Source: Eledone cirrhosa
Lineage: Eukaryota
Length of the DNA stretch: 64,000 nt
NCBI GenBank assembly: GCA_964016885.1
Contig: OZ024744.1
Span: 100,750,001-100,814,000 of the forward strand
Reading direction: 5' to 3'
A program made the translations under genes and the position numbers. Below, in pieces: positions 12,025 to 23,236 of the stretch (position 1 is the stretch's first letter; the number at the start of each line of letters is the position of its first letter). The notes beneath the pieces were generated by a model, which saw nothing but the letters and a program-made list of their open reading frames with translations, did not search any database and was not told where the DNA came from.

Positions 12025-13019
12025 AATGAAATACACAAGCTACTTAACCCTTTACCTTTACATTACTCTATATATACTCTTATATTTTCACAGTAAAATA
12101 TAATAGTATATTATATTTTAATGAAATACATAAGCTACTTAACCCTTTACCTTTACATTACTCTATATATACTATTATATTTTCACAGTAAAATATAATA
12201 GTATATTATATTTTAATGAAATACACAAGCTACTTAACCTTTTACCTTTACATTACTCTATATATACTCTTATATTTTCACAGTAAAATATAATAGTATA
12301 TTATATTTTAATGAAATACATAAGCTACTTAACCCTTTACCTTTACATTACTCTATATATACTATTATATTTTCACAGTAAAATATAATAGTATATTATA
12401 TTTTAATGAAATACATAAGCTACTTAACCCTTTACCTCTACATTACTCTATATATACTATTATATTTTCACAGTAAAATATAATAGTATATTATATTTTA
12501 ATGAAATACATAAGCTACTTAACCCTTTACCTTTACATTACTCTATATATACTATTATATTTTCACAGTAAAGTATAATAGTATATTATATTTTAATGAA
12601 ATACATAAGCTACTTAACCCTTTACCTTTACATTACTCTATATATACTATTATATTTTCACAGTAAAATATAATAGTATATTATATTTTAATGAAATACA
12701 TAAGCTACTTAACCCTTTACCATTACATTACTCTATATATACTATTATATTTTCACAGTAAAGTATAATAGTATATTATATTTTAATGAAATACACAAGC
12801 TACTTAACCCTTTACCATTACATTACTCTATATATACTATTATATTTTCACAGTAAAATATAATAGTATATTATATTTTAATGAAATACACAAGCTACTT
12901 AACCCTTTACCTTTGCCTTACTCTATATATACTATTATATTTTCACAGTAAAGTATAATAGTATATTATATTTTAATGAAATACACAAGCTACTTAACCC
13001 TTTACCTTTACATTACTAT
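12025..13019. repeat. 95-bp tandem array made of host flank plus MITE left end; continues at 16356-16560
   Basis: aatgaaatac recurs at 12025, 12120, 12215 and so on; each unit contains ttaaccctttacctttacattactcta. Confidence 0.93.
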
Positions 13020-13124
13020 ATCATCATCATCATCATCAGGTTTAGCGTCCGTGTTCCACGCTTGCATGGGTTTGGACGGGGGTTTTCCCACTTGAGGCAA
13101 GAGTGGTTGTCTTGCTCGCATAGG

Positions 13125-13575
13125 ACTGTCTGGCAGGTTTTCTACAGTTGGATGCCCTTCCTAACACCAACCACATTTACAGTGTGGGGCTGGGAGGTTT
13201 TTACCGTGTTGCCTACACGGCCACATTACAGCGTGGACTGTCTGGCGGGTTTTCTACAGTTGGATGCCCTTCCTAACACCAACCACATTTACAGTGTGGG
13301 GCTGGGAGGTTTTTACCGTGTTGCCTACACGGCCACATTACAGCGTGGACTGTCTGGCGGGTTTTCTACAGTTGGATGCCCTTCCTAACACCAACCACAT
13401 TTACAGTGTGGGGCTGGGAGGTTTTTACCGTGTTGCCTACACGGCCACATTACAGCGTGGACTGTCTGGCGGGTTTTCTACAGTTGGATGCCCTTCCTAA
13501 CACCAACCACATTTACAGTGTGGGGCTGGGAGGTTTTTACCGTGTTGCCTACACGGCCACATTTACAGCGTGGAC
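13125..13575. repeat. 112-bp tandem repeat x4 inside the RTE 3'UTR
   Basis: Identical ORF starts at 13264, 13376 and 13488; only one unit in the sister LINE at about 23340-23450. Confidence 0.93.
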
Positions 13576-13749
13576 AATGTGTTTTTTTTTGTCGTGACAC
13601 CTACACGATCTCATTTGTTTCGGCCTGGATGTTGTGGGACCAACATAACTTTACATTGAAAGGGGCGGTGTGGATGGGGTGGAGGTGGTGGGACGGGGGT
13701 GTGTTTTGATAGAGATGCCTACTGACTGTAGTAGGTTTTTACTTTGTAT

Positions 13750-16356
13750 TTAGGTAAGGCGGGTCTTCTCTATTACTGAGTACCGCCAAAGGTCTCGGTC
13801 CAGTGACATTGTCTTGGAGAGGTGTAAGCGTGTGAGGTCGGAATTTATCAGCTCGTCCCATGTTTTTCTGGGTCTGCCTACTCCGTGGCTACCGTCTATC
13901 TTTATTGCCCTGCACTTTGTTATACAGCTGTCGTCTTTCATGCGCATCACGTGACCGTACCAACGTAGCCTTCTCTCGAGTAAACAACATCTGATCCCTC
14001 TTATTTCTAATTTTTTCCTTAGTTCGTTTATGCTTTGCCGTTCACGTATATTACTATTGCACATCCAGCGGAGCATGCAAGCTTCGTTCCTCTCTAGTCT
14101 GCGTATATCCTCTGCACACAATGCCCAGGTCTCACTGCCATGCAGCATTGCTGTTCGTATGCAGGCATCGTATAACCTGCCTTTCATTTTTAGGGAGAAC
14201 CCTCTAGCGGCTAATAGTGGTATAAGCTCTCTGAACTTTTTCCATCCAGTTCTGACTCTAGCTACTGTACTTTCAGAGCACCCTCCCCCACTGCTGATTT
14301 TGTCACCCGGGTAACGGAAGCTGTCCACTATTTCTATAGAACCCTCTGCGCAGTTGAGGGAGCTAGTATTTTGTGGGCACTTGCTGCTACTTATTGCACC
14401 AGAGCACCGGCCACATGTAAAATCTATGTTCTTAGTTAGCTTACCTGTGATCCCACTACATCTTTTATGCACCCATACTTTGCATTTGGGACATAAAATG
14501 GAGTTTCTACCTACGCCTTTCCTACACACTGAGCATGGCCATTTCCCAGATGGGACTGCCGCCTTATTTTCTTTCCTACAAACTAGAACTTTAGTCTTAG
14601 CCAGGTTAATTTTAAGGCCTTTTGATTCTAGGCCGTGCTTCCATGTTTGGAATTTCTTCTCTAGTTCGGTCATTGATTCAGCTATGAGCGTTAGATCATC
14701 TGCGTATAGGAGTTCCCATGGGCAGCCGGTCTTGAACTCCTCTGTTATAGCCTGAAGGGCAATAATAAATAGTAGGGGGCTGAGAACAGAGCCCTGATGG
14801 ACACCAACTTTTACGCTAAACTCTTCACTATATTCGTTGTTAATTCTAACCTTACTGACTGTTTCTTTATACATGGCTTGTATAGCTCTCACAAGCCATT
14901 CGTCAACACCTAGTTTTCTAAGAGACCACCAGATAATGGAACGGGGGACTCTGTCGAAGGCTTTCTCCAAGTCGACGAAAGCTAAGTATAGGGGTTTACT
15001 TTTAGCTAGGTACTTCTCCTGTAGTTGTCGTACAATGAAAATAGCGTCTGTGGTACTTTTGCCTGACCCAAATCCGAACTGCATTTCATCTAGATCAATT
15101 CTTTCTCTGATTAGTTGCGCTATTACTTTTTCCGTGACCTTCATGACCTGGTCGATTAATTTAATGCCTCTATAGTTACTCCTATCTAGGGCATCTCCTT
15201 TTCCCTTATAGCAGTTAACGATGATGCTGCTACGCCAGTCCTTCGGAACAACCCCATTCTGTACGACTTGGTTAACTATCCGGGTGACCATGGTGTGTCC
15301 CACCGAACCAGATGCCTTCAGCATCTCAGCAACTATTTCCGAAGGACCAGCCGCCTTACCCGTCTTCATATCTTTGATTGCCTTGCTTATTGTACTACCC
15401 TGGACTAACACTGCTGGTCCCTCTATTGGGTCGATGTGGGGGAGACTGTCTTTCTCCCATTTGTTTTCCTCATTTAGAAGCCTTTCGTAGTGACACTTCC
15501 AAGCTACCTTCTTATCAGCGTCGGTGATGGCAAGTATGCCATCATCGTTAAGTACACACTTCTCCCCGACAATATCACGGTTTTCCTTGACACATTGCCT
15601 GGCAATCCTGAACACCTCACGTTTTTGGTCCTCACGTTGTAGAACATGCTTGAACTTTCTTTCCTCTGCTTCCCTTCTTGCGAAGTACACTTGTCTCCTA
15701 GCTTCCCTCCTGGCCACTTGATAGTCTTCTCTACTTCCCCCATCCCGCCATGCTTTCCAAGTCTGCTTTTTGGCCTTAATTGACTCCTCCACCTTACTGT
15801 TCCACCACCATGTTACTCTCCTCCTACCTACAGGCCTGCTCCAGCCACAGACTTCGTCTGCCGCCGTCAGCAGGTTTGCTCTCAGGAATTCCCACTGTTC
15901 CTCTATATTATACGACTCTAATTGCTCTTCCTTACTGTCGAAAGCGTCAAGTAATATGCTTTGAAATTTATTTCTGGCTATGGGGTCCTTTAGCTTCCAT
16001 ATTTTTCTCCTGAGGATAGTCCTCTTCCGCTGTCTAGTACGTTTCGTCCTGACTATGAGGTCGCTAATTATCAGTCTATGTTGGGAGGTGAATTCTTCAT
16101 GGGGGAGGGATTTAGTGTTAACAACAGACACTCTGTCACGTCTTCTGGTAAGGATATAATCTATCTGGCTGGTGTGTTCCCCTGATCTATAGGTGATCAA
16201 GTGATTGTCTCGTTTTTTGAAGTTAGTGTTACAGATAGTTAAGTTACTTGCGTCGCAGAATTCCAGGATTCTGGAGCCTTCCTCATTTCTAGTACCGAAC
16301 CCATAGCCTCCATGGATTCCGTCATAGCCGTCACAATGTTGTCCAACGTGACCATT
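13750..16356 (-). CDS. RTE ORF fragment: APE endonuclease C-half + reverse transcriptase + PHD-like zinc finger (no genuine start codon)
   Basis: NGHVG...QIDYIL...SQHRL (APE); FVDLEKAFD, GVHQGSVLSP, YADD (RT); CSVC...CPKCKVWVHKRC...CGRC. Confidence 0.9.
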   Translation of the reverse strand, partial: NGHVGQHCDGYDGIHGGYGFGTRNEEGSRILEFCDASNLTICNTNFKKRDNHLITYRSGEHTSQIDYILTRRRDRVSVVNTKSLPHEEFTSQHRLIISDLIVRTKRTRQRKRTILRRKIWKLKDPIARNKFQSILLDAFDSKEEQLESYNIEEQWEFLRANLLTAADEVCGWSRPVGRRRVTWWWNSKVEESIKAKKQTWKAWRDGGSREDYQVARREARRQVYFARREAEERKFKHVLQREDQKREVFRIARQCVKENRDIVGEKCVLNDDGILAITDADKKVAWKCHYERLLNEENKWEKDSLPHIDPIEGPAVLVQGSTISKAIKDMKTGKAAGPSEIVAEMLKASGSVGHTMVTRIVNQVVQNGVVPKDWRSSIIVNCYKGKGDALDRSNYRGIKLIDQVMKVTEKVIAQLIRERIDLDEMQFGFGSGKSTTDAIFIVRQLQEKYLAKSKPLYLAFVDLEKAFDRVPRSIIWWSLRKLGVDEWLVRAIQAMYKETVSKVRINNEYSEEFSVKVGVHQGSVLSPLLFIIALQAITEEFKTGCPWELLYADDLTLIAESMTELEKKFQTWKHGLESKGLKINLAKTKVLVCRKENKAAVPSGKWPCSVCRKGVGRNSILCPKCKVWVHKRCSGITGKLTKNIDFTCGRCSGAISSSKCPQNTSSLNCAEGSIEIVDSFRYPGDKISSGGGCSESTVARVRTGWKKFRELIPLLAARGFSLKMKGRLYDACIRTAMLHGSETWALCAEDIRRLERNEACMLRWMCNSNIRERQSINELRKKLEIRGIRCCLLERRLRWYGHVMRMKDDSCITKCRAIKIDGSHGVGRPRKTWDELINSDLTRLHLSKTMSLDRDLWRYSVIEKTRLT

Positions 16357-17182
16357 TTTTCACAGTAAAGTATAATAGTATATTATATTTTAATGAAATA
16401 CACAAGCTACTTAACCCTTTACCTTTACATTACTCTATATATACTATTATATTTTCACAGTAAAGTATAACAGTATATTATATTTTAATGAAATACACAA
16501 GCTACTTAACCCTTTACCTTTACATTACTCTATATATACTATTATATTTTCACAGTAAACACTTTATTTCACATAAATATCTCACATAAATATCAAATCT
16601 ATGAGATTTTGATATTATTTATTTTGAGAACAATACCTTAATGTCAGTATGAATGGCTGGTTACGGCTGGTTTGAACAGAAAAATGGCAAGAGAAATCTG
16701 GCCAAATATGGCTGGTTTAAATACTAAAGGGTTAAAACAATTTACTAAAATAATCACTATAGTTGGCTTCACCTATGAAAAGAGTCTATTACATCTGGAA
16801 CAGTAATAGTAACAGGGAGTGTAGAGTTCTGGGAAAAAGGATTTGTGGTATTTACTTATGACTTTTTATGTTCTGAGTACAAATCCTGCTGAGATCAACT
16901 TTACCTTTCCCCCTTTCCATGTTGATAAAATAAAGCACCATTCGAGTATTGTGGTCAATTCTTCCTCATTATATCTCTTTCTCACTCTCTCTCTATTACT
17001 TTCTTGGAAGAAATCAGTTGTATTCAGACCTGAAGAAGGGATGAACTCTGCCAGGTTTTAAAAAAGTCTCAAGAAATGCTGTATGTCACTACAGCACCCC
17101 TTCAACTTCACCAGGAGTTATAGGTTCATATACAATCATAATAATACATTATGTGTCTCTGTATATATATATATATGACAGC

Positions 17183-17666
17183 TGCATAAAAAGGTCCAGA
17201 GTGTTCAAAGTTGATGGAAGCCTTGGAGTTGGGGGAGACCCAGGAAGACTTGGGGTGAGGTGATAAAAGCTGACCTTGCCCAATTACACCTCTCAAAGGC
17301 AATGACACAGGACCGAGATCTCTGGCGTTACCCAGTAATACAGAAGACCCAACTTCCGACAAGCCCAAGCCGAAGTATATATACAGTATGCCCCCCCACC
17401 CCCATGAGGACAGGCCAAAGTAAATACATCCAGGGAAGCCCCCAGTCCACACTGTAAAGTGGACATGTAGGTGTCATGACAAGAATCACCCTGTCCACAC
17501 TGTAAATGAGGTTGGTGTTAATAAGGGCATCCAGCTGTAGAAACCACACCAGAATCAGTCCTGTATGAGCAAGACATGGTCACCTGACCTAGCATTGCCC
17601 ACAAGACAACTCATCTAACCCATTCTAGCGTGGAAAATAGATGTAAAATGGTGGTGATGATGATGA
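17183..17666 (+). mobile_element. RTE LINE 3' fragment
   Basis: ...IKADLAQLHLSKAMTQDRDLWRY followed by 3'UTR and (ATG)n. Confidence 0.85.
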
Positions 17667-17734
17667 TATATGTATATACACACAAATATATATACATCAT
17701 TATCATGATGTATATATATGTTATGTTGGTACTA

Positions 17735-18260
17735 CAAAACATCCAGCCCACACTGTAAAGTGGTCATGTAGGGGTCACGACAAAAAACACCCAGTCCACA
17801 CTGTAAAGTGGTCATGTAGGTGTCACAACAAAAAGCACCCAGTCCACACTATAAAGTGGTCATGTAGGTGTCACAACAAAAAGCACCCAGTCCACACTCT
17901 AAAGTGGTCATGTAGGTGTCACAATAAAAAGCACCCAGTCCACACTATAAAGTGGTCATGTAGGTGTCACGACAAAAAGCACCCAGTCCACACTGTAAAG
18001 TGGTCGTGTAGATGTCATGACAAAAAGCACCCAGTCCACACCGTAAAGTGGTCATGTAGGTGTCATGACAAAAAGCACCCAATACACACTGTCAATGTGG
18101 TTGGTGTTAAGAAGGGCATCCAACCATAGAAAACCAGCCAGAAACAGTCCTATAAGAGCAAGACAGTCACCCAACCAAACTTGCCTCTAAATGGGACAAA
18201 CCCATCTAACCCATGCTAGCGTGGAAGATAGATGTTAAACGATGATGATGATGATGATGA
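17735..18260 (+). mobile_element. RTE 3'UTR with about 48-bp tandem expansion (about 7 copies)
   Basis: aaaagcacccagtccacactgtaaagtggtcatgtaggtgtcacgac repeated, then the aagggcatcc motif and (ATG)n. Confidence 0.85.
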
Positions 18261-18303
18261 CATTATATATGCAAATAAGCAAGTAGGACCAGCAAATACA
18301 TAA

Positions 18304-18647
18304 ATCATCATCATCATCATTTCATTTTACGTCCGCTTTTTCCCTGCTTGCAAGGGTGGGACGGGAACTGATTCTGGCTTGATTTCTACAGCTGGTGCCC
18401 TTCCTAACACCAACCTCATTTACAGTGAGTGCTGGGTGCTTTTTTGCCATGGCACCTCCACGACCACTTTGCAGTGGAATGATAGGGACCCCAGTCCCTA
18501 TCATCTCATTTCTACAGCTGAGTAAACTGGAGCAATGTGAAATAAAGTGTCTTGCTCAAGGAAACAACACATCAGCCGGTCTGAGAATTAAACTCACAAC
18601 CTTTTGATTGCAAGGCCAATGCTCTAACCACTAAGCCATGTGCCTCC
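18304..18647 (-). mobile_element. CORE-SINE with RTE tail
   Basis: Reverse complement of the 8890-9230 family. Confidence 0.88.
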
Positions 18648-18810
18648 ATCTGGATGTAAATAAACCTAGAACACACAGTAATTACTGAATGTCTACTTAA
18701 ATACACTCAGACAACAAAGCTAACAATAAATAAGACATATCGTGGACAAGATCATTGAATTCCAAACTCATAAATAATACATTGATATTAACAAAGCCAT
18801 GAACTAAATA

Positions 18811-19480
18811 TCTATATATCTAAAACAGAGAATGTCTGTCTGACTCCCTAAAACTCGAGAACTACCCGACCGATTTTTTTCAAACTTTACACATGCAATA
18901 CTTATGGTCGTGTGAGTGTTTTGAGCAAAAAATATTTCAAATTTTCAATGCGCTAGGGACCGCATTAGGCGCCGGTTAGCGATCTCTCTCTATCTTTCTT
19001 AGTCTGTCTTTTTAGATAGATACATAGCTACGTCGCGCCCTTATAATATCTGTCTCTATGTCTGCATTATGACATTATGACACTATCTCTGTGTGTGTCA
19101 TCATCATCATCACCGTTTTACGTCCGTTCTTCCACGCTAGCATGGGTTAGACGGGTTGTCCTGTTGTGGGCAGTGTCTGGTCGGCTGACCATGCCTTGCT
19201 CATACAGGAACTGATTTGGCTTGATTTCTACAGCTGGATGCCCTTCCTAACACCAACCTCATTTACAGTGAGTGCTGGGTGCTTTTTCGTGGCGCCTACA
19301 CGTCCACTTTACAGTGTAGGCTGGGTGCTTTTTTGCCGTGGCACCTCCACGACCAGTTTGCAGTGGGAGGGTGTGGGGGCATATTGTCTATATGCTTCAG
19401 CTTGTACCCATGGGAGGTCAAGTACTCTGTATTACTACGTGACGCCAGAGGTCACGATCGTCTGTATATGTATATATAGA

Positions 19481-19511
<31 letters not shown>

Positions 19512-20084
19512 GTGTGTAACGTTTTTCGAAATATTTACTTCTGCATTCACTGATTGATTTTTTTTAGTTTTAGTTTCAGAAGATCCTGTTAAGGGTGAAA
19601 GCAGTGATTCTTTGCTTAAACTTTAATCTGTTATTTTTATATATATATATATATAATTATATATTCGTGTACAGATATTTTTGCATACACAATAACAAAA
19701 TATAATCAAACGTATTTATTTCACGAGGCTCGATAAGGATAAATGTATAAGAACCCGAGAGCAAATATTGTTCTCATTGCTGACGAGGCAGAAGGAGATA
19801 TACGTGATTGGCTGAAGAAGGACGAGACTGTGTTAGTAGTACGACCAAGGGCTGCTATCACACCAACAGCAGCAAAAACAACAACAAAAAAGAGCAGGAA
19901 TGCAATTACATGTTTTTGAAAAATCTTAATGGAAAATGATTTGCCTATTCACCCAAGGTGACTTCACTTTTTATTAGGACTTCTGCATCAATTGGTGAAC
20001 ATGCGACGAAACTGTTTCAGAAAAGAGGGATAAACATGCCAATCTATGTTTAGAATCCCGAGCAACGCCGGGGCATTCTGCTAG
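18811..20084 (+). mobile_element. Complete non-autonomous Helitron with a nested RTE 3' fragment (19098-19463, minus)
   Basis: 5' TC; 3' cccgagcaacgccggg hairpin then CTAG at 20081-20084; inserted between A and T. Confidence 0.9.
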
Positions 20085-20711
20085 TATAATATAAAAGATG
20101 TTTATTGGTTGGTTGGTTAAATCACATGAAAACTACACACACACACACACACATACATATCTAAAGAGAGAACTAGACTGTTACACAGAGAGAGATATAA
20201 TTAAAGTGTTGGATATTCAGAGAGAGCAAGAGAGAAAGAGAGAGTGACATCCCACAAAAGTATCAGTTGAAGGTTTAACAATATTGTGTTAGCTTTTATA
20301 AAGTAGTTTTACAATCTTTGATTTTACAGAACAAAGAAAAATTGATACTATTTGAAATGAATCTAGCCTCCAGCTTTTATCCATATACTACTTACAGTCT
20401 GTACTAATGAAACTAAACACTTCAGAAGCAATGTTATGTGGTATATTGCTGTATTTCAGATGATGTCCTTTGGAGGTGAAAAAGATCATACTGACTATGG
20501 TTATTTCACAACATTTAAAATCCAAGGCTACCATTTAATTAGCAGTTTACTCTCTCAGCCTAATAAGGAAGTTTCATGATTGTTTTTTGTTGTCTCTCTC
20601 TCACACACTCACCCACATTACAGTCACCTCATACCAGACAACACATCCAATACAGTTGTTTCCTCTTATCTCTTAACTATTCTCCTGGGCGAAGCCGGGT
20701 ACTTCAGCTAG
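20085..20711 (+). mobile_element. Second Helitron family, internally deleted
   Basis: 3' end ctgggcgaagccgggtacttcagCTAG; body homologous to 41828-43214. Confidence 0.8.
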
Positions 20712-20714
20712 AGC

Positions 20715-20935
20715 TATATACATGTGGGCCTCAGACCTTCTCAAATATATATATATATGTGCCACATGATGTTATACACATGTGGGCCTCAAACTTTCTC
20801 AAATTTATATGTGCCACACGATGTTATACACATGTGGGCCTCAGACTTTCTCAAATTTATATATGTGCCACATGGTGTTATACACATGTGGCCCTAAGAC
20901 CTTCTCAAATATATGTACCACATGATGTTATACAA
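20715..20935. repeat. Degenerate tandem repeat, about 50-55-bp unit
   Basis: acatgtgggcctcagac...atgttatac repeated four times; related sequence at 8760-8880. Confidence 0.75.
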
Positions 20936-22292
20936 ATGAAGTTGGTAATTATTGATGTGTGGAGATGTAATGTGAATGGAGCCATTGGATATCCTATATT
21001 TAAGAATATGCTATATTTTTTTAAAGTTTAATTTAATTTTTTTTTATAAGTGTATCAGCGATTGGTCAGATAAATTCAGTTGCTGCGAGCTATTGTTAAT
21101 TCCCCGAGGATGGTAACCTGGCACATTATAACAGGTGTAGTTCTTTTGGTGTATATATGTTGGATCAGTTAGGCAAGATATTAACTCTAAGATATTCATA
21201 GTACCAAGCAAACAAACCTTCTGTAGAGTCTGGAAAATCACCGCTATATCCAACCATTCAATATTCTAGCCACTGTAGTCCTAGATATATCTAGCACCAT
21301 TCATACAGTGCCAAACAAACAAACAAACCTTCTATAGTCAGGAAATTCACCTCTATATCCAACCATTCAACCTTCTAGCCACTGTCCCTATCTTTGGAGC
21401 TCCTGAAACAATTGTAATAACATCTTTACAGCAATTCCAGATAGATCTACATGGGTGGCAGGTCCTTTATACTTCTGCCTATATCTTGGATGTTTTAGTA
21501 GGGTTTACTCCATTGCAAGTTTTCAAACCTCATTCCATGGTCAACTTGCAGATGCTTAGGCTAGGCATCAGAAATATAAATCTCAACAGTTTAAGAGGAC
21601 ATGTAAAGGTCCTGGACAGTGACCCTACTCTTCTGTCTATGATTTGAAAAATCTATAGCAAACAGCAGTGTTTACATATCTATTATTACAAAAACTTGTG
21701 AAAACATCAAATAATCTCTTTTTAAAAAAAGTACAGGCTATAATGATTTCTAGTATAGGCACAAGACCAGAAATTTGGGGGGGAGGGGGAGTCAATTAAA
21801 TCAACTCCAGTACGTTACTGGTGCTTTATTTTATCGACCCAGTAAGGATGAAAAGGCAAAGTTAACTGCGGCGGGATTTGAACACCGTAAAGGACCGTAA
21901 CTCTGTGCTGCAAAGCATGGTGTCCGACTCTACCGATACTGCCAACCCACCGCCATTGTACAGGCTATAATAAGGAAACATAACAAAAAGAAGTTTATTT
22001 TATTTTTTTTTTCTGTTTGTCTTTATTTTCGAAAAATTGTTTACTTTTTAATTAAAAAATAATGGTTTCTGATTTAGGCACAAGGCCAACAATTTTGGGA
22101 GAGGGGAAAGTCGACCAAATCGACCCCAGTGCATTACTGGTACTTTATTTTTATCAACCCTGTAAGGATGAAATACCAAGCTAACCTCAATGGTATTTGA
22201 ACTCAGATCATAAAGGGGCTTAACCTTATGCCATAAAGCACGGTGACTGATGCTCTCCCGATACTGCCAATCCACCACCTTATTAATTTATA

Positions 22293-22656
22293 CAGTGTAC
22301 CCCTGGCATTCGTGGTCCCGGATATTTACAGAATTTTCCTTAGAACCTAACTAATAATTGTTCATGGAAACCACCACATATTCACGGAATCGTAAATGTC
22401 TTCCGTGATTATTTTTTTTAATGGCTTTTTCGTGGTAATATATTTTTTTAAATGCTAAATTATTAATAACAATATATCGTATTTGCTGGCCTATTGGACG
22501 CCCCTTCGCATAAGAAACTCTTTTTTTTTTAATTATATTTTACTTTATATTTTGACGTTTATAGACAATTTTATTGACCACGTCCAATATTTGCAGTTTT
22601 TCACTCTTGACGGGTGCTCTAGGAACATAACCCCCACAAATACCGAGGGACAACTG
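22293..22656. mobile_element. Tigger/pogo-like MITE
   Basis: Imperfect TIRs cagtgtacccctggcattcgtgg / ccacaaataccgagggacaactg with TA flanks. Confidence 0.6.
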
Positions 22657-22863
22657 TATATTGAAACAAATGAATGGTTTGCTTAGCCATGTTTTAATGA
22701 ATGCCTAAATTCCAGAATATTTTGGTAGCAGCTGAGTCTAAATTTAAAATCAATGATTAATTAATCCATTATCCTTAAATGATTTATAAAAATATTTTTG
22801 TTTTTTGTGAAAATCAATTTATATAATGGATATATAAAATATAAAAAATTATAAAAATTTGTT

Positions 22864-23054
22864 TTATTTTTCATCTTCTGCCTCATTTTCTTTAGGAGTT
22901 TTAATTCTTGTGAGTTTTAATTCTTTTTTTGTTAACAGTTCTGTGAAACTGTGAATTGTTGAGAATCTGCTACAATCCTCTTGAGATAATGCTGCATTTC
23001 CAGGTCGGATAACAACATGACATTTCAGACCAGCATCTGTTGCAGCTGCAGTTT
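22864..23054 (-). CDS. ENOPH1: ENOPH1 last coding exon (E-TAAATDAGLKCHVVIRPGNAALSQEDCSRFSTIHSFTELLTKKELKLTRIKTPKENEAEDEK*)
   Basis: Acceptor ctatttctattcaacag, phase 1. VVxRPGN motif and IxSFxEL; TAA at 22866-22864. Confidence 0.94.
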
Positions 23055-23236
23055 CTGTTGAATAGAAATAGAACGGTAATGATTACTTTGACAAACTAGA
23101 GATTTCACAAGGGACCACACTGAAAAACATAGTTGGCATTAGGAAGGACATCAAACTGTAGAAACTATGCCCTGGTCATCTGATCTGGCTTGTCTCACAA
23201 TGGGACAACTTATCTAACCCATGCTAGCATATATAT

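Larger units (their letters stand above)
13020..16356 (-). mobile_element. RTE-clade LINE, 5'-truncated, young
   Basis: (ATG)n tail at 13020-13037, 3'UTR, and an uninterrupted frame from 16356 to 13750. Confidence 0.95.

Noticed and set aside
14030-16013. Plus-strand ORFs overlapping the LINE (likewise 23688-25595)
   Set aside because: Antisense shadows of the RT frame.
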